This document shows positions 32,570-35,288 of a DNA stretch of 35,288 bases, piece by piece; positions within the stretch are counted from its first letter, which is position 1; every line of letters starts with the position of its first letter. This stretch comes from Atribacterota bacterium. GTDB lineage: Bacteria > Atribacterota > Phoenicimicrobiia > Phoenicimicrobiales > Phoenicimicrobiaceae. The notes below the pieces were generated by a model that searched no databases, was not told the DNA's origin, and was given only the letters and a program-made list of their open reading frames with translations. Made by a program: the position numbers and the translations under genes. The stretch covers positions 1-35,288 of the forward strand of contig JBBRDV010000009.1 of the NCBI GenBank assembly GCA_038203565.1. Reading direction: 5' to 3'.

Positions 32570-34672
32570 CTACTGCACCGCCACTGTTATGGTCTGCCCC
32601 GGATCCCCGAAAAGGATAATATAGGCAAGCCCGCTCCCGGACGGGAAGGAAGCCTGGCCGCTTCCCTTTCCGCTCGTTAGGGAATTAAATGCCGGGTCAT
32701 AGACCCTCCACCCACCGGTCGTGGTGATGCCCAACTGGATAGGAGTTGCATCGGTCGCTACAGAACGCCACTCGGCGTAACCTTCGGGACCTATGGTAAC
32801 CGTACTCGCTGCACTACGTGGAAGCACTGGCACCGATGCGAGCGGTTGGTACATGAAGCTGCCGAAGCGGGTCCACTCCGCTCCGTTACGCACCACGATA
32901 TTAAGGTCATCGAGATCGCGCCCCATAATCTGTGGAATGTCAAGCATCATCGACGCCACGGTGTCGCTTGAAGAAGGATCGACAATGTATGTCCCGTTAT
33001 CGTATCCAGGGCGGACAGCGATAAGGCCGCTTAGCTCCGGCACGGTGGTAATACTAAGTCTCGGGTTCATGACTGACAAACCCAGCAAATCAGGGCTTTC
33101 GTTTACCAGAAGCCAGGTTAGGGGGAGCCTGGTGCTCCAGGCGGGTGACAGATTACCGTCCGTGTCTCGCACCCTTTGGGCGAGTATACAATTGTCGAGG
33201 TAATGCCCGTAACCCATGGGGAGGCGCATGACCATGTACTGCGTACCTCCGGTTTCAACCACTTTCATCGACGACAGTGGATTCTGGTCGCTTGAAAACC
33301 ATCCGTCACCGCGGTGTTTGTACGGATTTGGATTCTGTATCCATTCATTACCGGATCGGGTAAAGAACAGTAGCGAGCTGTCGGGCTGTGACTGGATCTT
33401 ATAGATGGTATCATACTGGGCGTATTCGCCGTTGATGTCTGCAAAGAGACTGTCGGGAACCGGCATTACCGGTGGCACCACGGAGAGAAGCGGAGAGGGA
33501 AAGGCCGCGATCCGCCCGTTTTCCGCCAGCGCGCGGAGCAGTATCCGCTCTGCAATGGCAGTCGCCTTTCCTGAGCTAAAGCCCGAGGAGGCGCCAATCA
33601 CCACTACGCCGAGTTGCGCCCTGGGAGAAATAACCAGCGCCGAGTGGTACTGAGAAGTATCGCCACCCTTGGTCCATCCGTCGAGACCGACTGCCTGCAA
33701 CCCGGGCTGCGTGATGCTGTCCCAACCCAGGCCATAGGCAAAAGAGTCTGAGCGGACCGGGTTAAAGGAGCCGATGGTCTGATCAACGGCCATCTCGGCG
33801 ACCGAAGCGTCGGAAAGGATGCATGTATTGCCCATTGTTCCGCCGCCCAGAAACATCATGGCCAGGCGAGCCATATCGTTAGCGGTGCTGTAAACCCCTC
33901 CGGAAGCCAAGGCATTGGTGAACTCCTGCGGCTGCACCTCTCCATTCTCGTATGCATTGGCGTAGGAACCGTCAGGGAACGCGGCGGTCGGATAGCGGGT
34001 GTTCTCCATACCGAGCGGTGTCAGGATCTCATCCTGCACGAACTGGATGAAGTTCTTGCCGGTGGTCACCCGGACAAGCTCCTCGATGACGGTGAATCCG
34101 TCGTTGCAATAGACGTTCATATAGTCCGGTACCGTCTTGAGCCGCGAAATTGAGAGTGTCTGGAGTACCTGGGCGAGGTATCCCGACACGGGCGAGCTAG
34201 TAAAACTGTTGCGATAGTCCGATCCCGGGAAGCCCGAGGAGTGGTTCAGAAGCATTCGGACAGTTATCATCTTGTAATCGACCGAAGCCATCCGGAAGGT
34301 CGGCAGGTAATTGACCAGCGGTTTGTCCAGCTCGACAACACCCCGATCTACAAGCATCATCACTGCAATAGTAGCAAACATCTTGCTCGTCGAACCGATG
34401 CCGAACATGGTGGTTTCAGTGGGCGCCTTGGCGGCTTCGCGATCCGTGAGACCGAAGCTCTGGCTCCAGATGATCCGATTACTGTCTGTGAGCGCGATGG
34501 TAATCGCCGTGGCATTACCCTGGCTAATCACCTCTTGGGCAGCAGTCTGTCCTTCCTGAATCGCGGCTTCGTAAGTGGGAGCAGTGGTAGTTGCAGCCAT
34601 GATCGAACTACTGGAGATAAGGAACAATATCACCAAGACGGATGTGAACATCAACGTAACTTTACTTCTCAT
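32570..34672 (-). CDS. Secreted serine hydrolase, beta-lactamase/PBP-like (class C-related) family; GC-rich
   Basis: Signal peptide, FGIGSTSK (SxxK), LLNHSSG, YCN (YxN), TKGG, long C-terminal extension; AGAGGTG SD. Confidence 0.9.
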   Translation of the reverse strand: MRSKVTLMFTSVLVILFLISSSSIMAATTTAPTYEAAIQEGQTAAQEVISQGNATAITIALTDSNRIIWSQSFGLTDREAAKAPTETTMFGIGSTSKMFATIAVMMLVDRGVVELDKPLVNYLPTFRMASVDYKMITVRMLLNHSSGFPGSDYRNSFTSSPVSGYLAQVLQTLSISRLKTVPDYMNVYCNDGFTVIEELVRVTTGKNFIQFVQDEILTPLGMENTRYPTAAFPDGSYANAYENGEVQPQEFTNALASGGVYSTANDMARLAMMFLGGGTMGNTCILSDASVAEMAVDQTIGSFNPVRSDSFAYGLGWDSITQPGLQAVGLDGWTKGGDTSQYHSALVISPRAQLGVVVIGASSGFSSGKATAIAERILLRALAENGRIAAFPSPLLSVVPPVMPVPDSLFADINGEYAQYDTIYKIQSQPDSSLLFFTRSGNEWIQNPNPYKHRGDGWFSSDQNPLSSMKVVETGGTQYMVMRLPMGYGHYLDNCILAQRVRDTDGNLSPAWSTRLPLTWLLVNESPDLLGLSVMNPRLSITTVPELSGLIAVRPGYDNGTYIVDPSSSDTVASMMLDIPQIMGRDLDDLNIVVRNGAEWTRFGSFMYQPLASVPVLPRSAASTVTIGPEGYAEWRSVATDATPIQLGITTTGGWRVYDPAFNSLTSGKGSGQASFPSGSGLAYIILFGDPGQTITVAVQ

Positions 34673-34722
34673 TTTTTTACACCTCTTTACAAAAATATTT
34701 TATATAATTTCAGAAGACAAAA

Positions 34723-34745
34723 AAGACAAGGGGATGTTTCGTTTG
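34723..34745 (-). repeat. Inverted repeat / transposase 3' end upstream of the serine hydrolase
   Basis: AAGACAAGGGGATGTTTCGTTTG; directly abuts the TGA stop of the transposase remnant. Confidence 0.85.
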
Positions 34746-34935
34746 TCATATTTTAATCGCTCTTTCTACAATACTTCTTCCTATACCTAATCCTCTACTT
34801 AGATCTCTGATACTTGCACCAGTCTCAATGATACTTTACTATTTATTTCACCTTCCCTGCATTTATCGGATTTTGATGGATATAGCCCAGTACTACTACC
34901 AGATATCTCTCCTCTTTGATGGGTTCACTTTTATA
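34746..34935 (-). pseudogene. HUH/Y1 (IS200-like, RAYT-like) transposase remnant
   Basis: Not in the ORF track. 34935-34846 gives YKSEPIKEERYLVVVLGYIHQNPINAGKVK* (catalytic-Tyr motif YIxxNP.xAG). In another frame, 34835-34746 gives SIIETGASIRDLSRGLGIGRSIVERAIKI* (C-terminal HTH). Confidence 0.8.
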
Positions 34936-34942
34936 CAACAGC

Positions 34943-35090
34943 CTATCGTGTCATCTCTCTCAGATATCTGACCGCATATTCAAGCTCGACATCAGTTCCG
35001 GCCGCAAAGGCAAGAACATTTTCGAGAGTTTTCGGCACACGATACGTAGGTCGCACACCGCCGATTCCATTTCTGCTGTCCAGTTGTAAA
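34943..35090 (-). pseudogene. C-terminal fragment of a probable S41-family peptidase
   Basis: LQLDSRNGIGGVRPTYRVPKTLENVLAFAAGTDVELEYAVRYL resembles the S41 C-terminal GV.P...V...D..L..A pattern; GC-richer than the host; N-terminal part missing. Confidence 0.45.
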
Positions 35091-35183
35091 ACCGTCCAGG
35101 GGATTCTCCACCGTATCCGCTGCTCTTCCGCCACTATAACCTGATAAAAACATATTTATTACTAAATTTGTTATAGTTATTAT

Positions 35184-35269
35184 AGGGGTCAGGTCTCAAC
35201 ATTTGAAATAAGCCTCTTTATTATTTAGTTTATTATTTACTTATTTAAAATGTTGATACCTGAACCCCT
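35184..35269. repeat. About 29-bp inverted repeat pair with GGGGTCAG core (empty element / MITE-like)
   Basis: AGGGGTCAGGTCTCAACATTTGAAATAAG (35184-35212) / CTTATTTAAAATGTTGATACCTGAACCCCT (35240-35269). Confidence 0.8.
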
Positions 35270-35288
35270 TTAATTCTAAGAAAAAGGG

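Noticed and set aside
32570..34672. Calling the serine hydrolase an antibiotic-resistance beta-lactamase
   Set aside because: SxxK/YxN motifs are shared by many peptidases and esterases, and the 700-aa architecture is unlike AmpC.
34943..35134. 63-aa ORF as an intact gene
   Set aside because: Only the C-terminal roughly 48 residues look protein-like; the start has no clear SD and is probably out-of-frame sequence.
30600..35288. Classical integron, prophage or composite DDE transposon
   Set aside because: No tyrosine/serine integrase, attC-like sites, phage genes or DDE transposase are visible in the window.

Overview
AT-rich bacterial chromosomal segment in which every credible gene lies on the minus strand. 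About 1-30.5 kb is housekeeping with Firmicutes-like gene order (a Ca. Atribacterota-like source is my unverified impression): partial oppD, secG, tpiA, gap, rpoN, a sugar ABC ATPase, whiA, rapZ, argS, tRNA-Arg(CCT), oppCBA, ftsH-hpt-tilS, tRNA-Met/fMet/Leu, ftsB/divIC, eno, mgtE, an S4 protein, lysS and greA. It also holds an HTH + uncharacterised protein + alpha-oxoamine synthase operon and an Rrf2 + ThiI-like + mnmA operon. From about 30.6 kb to the end there is an accessory hotspot: a Fic gene, a visibly GC-rich secreted serine hydrolase and a peptidase fragment, each bounded by short GGGG-core inverted repeats and interleaved with decayed HUH/Y1 (RAYT-like) transposase remnants that the ORF track misses. 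This is the best candidate for an undescribed cassette-capture system. Many core intergenic regions also carry 7-bp-period degenerate repeats, often arranged as inverted arms. All calls come from motif recognition by eye; no database search was run.
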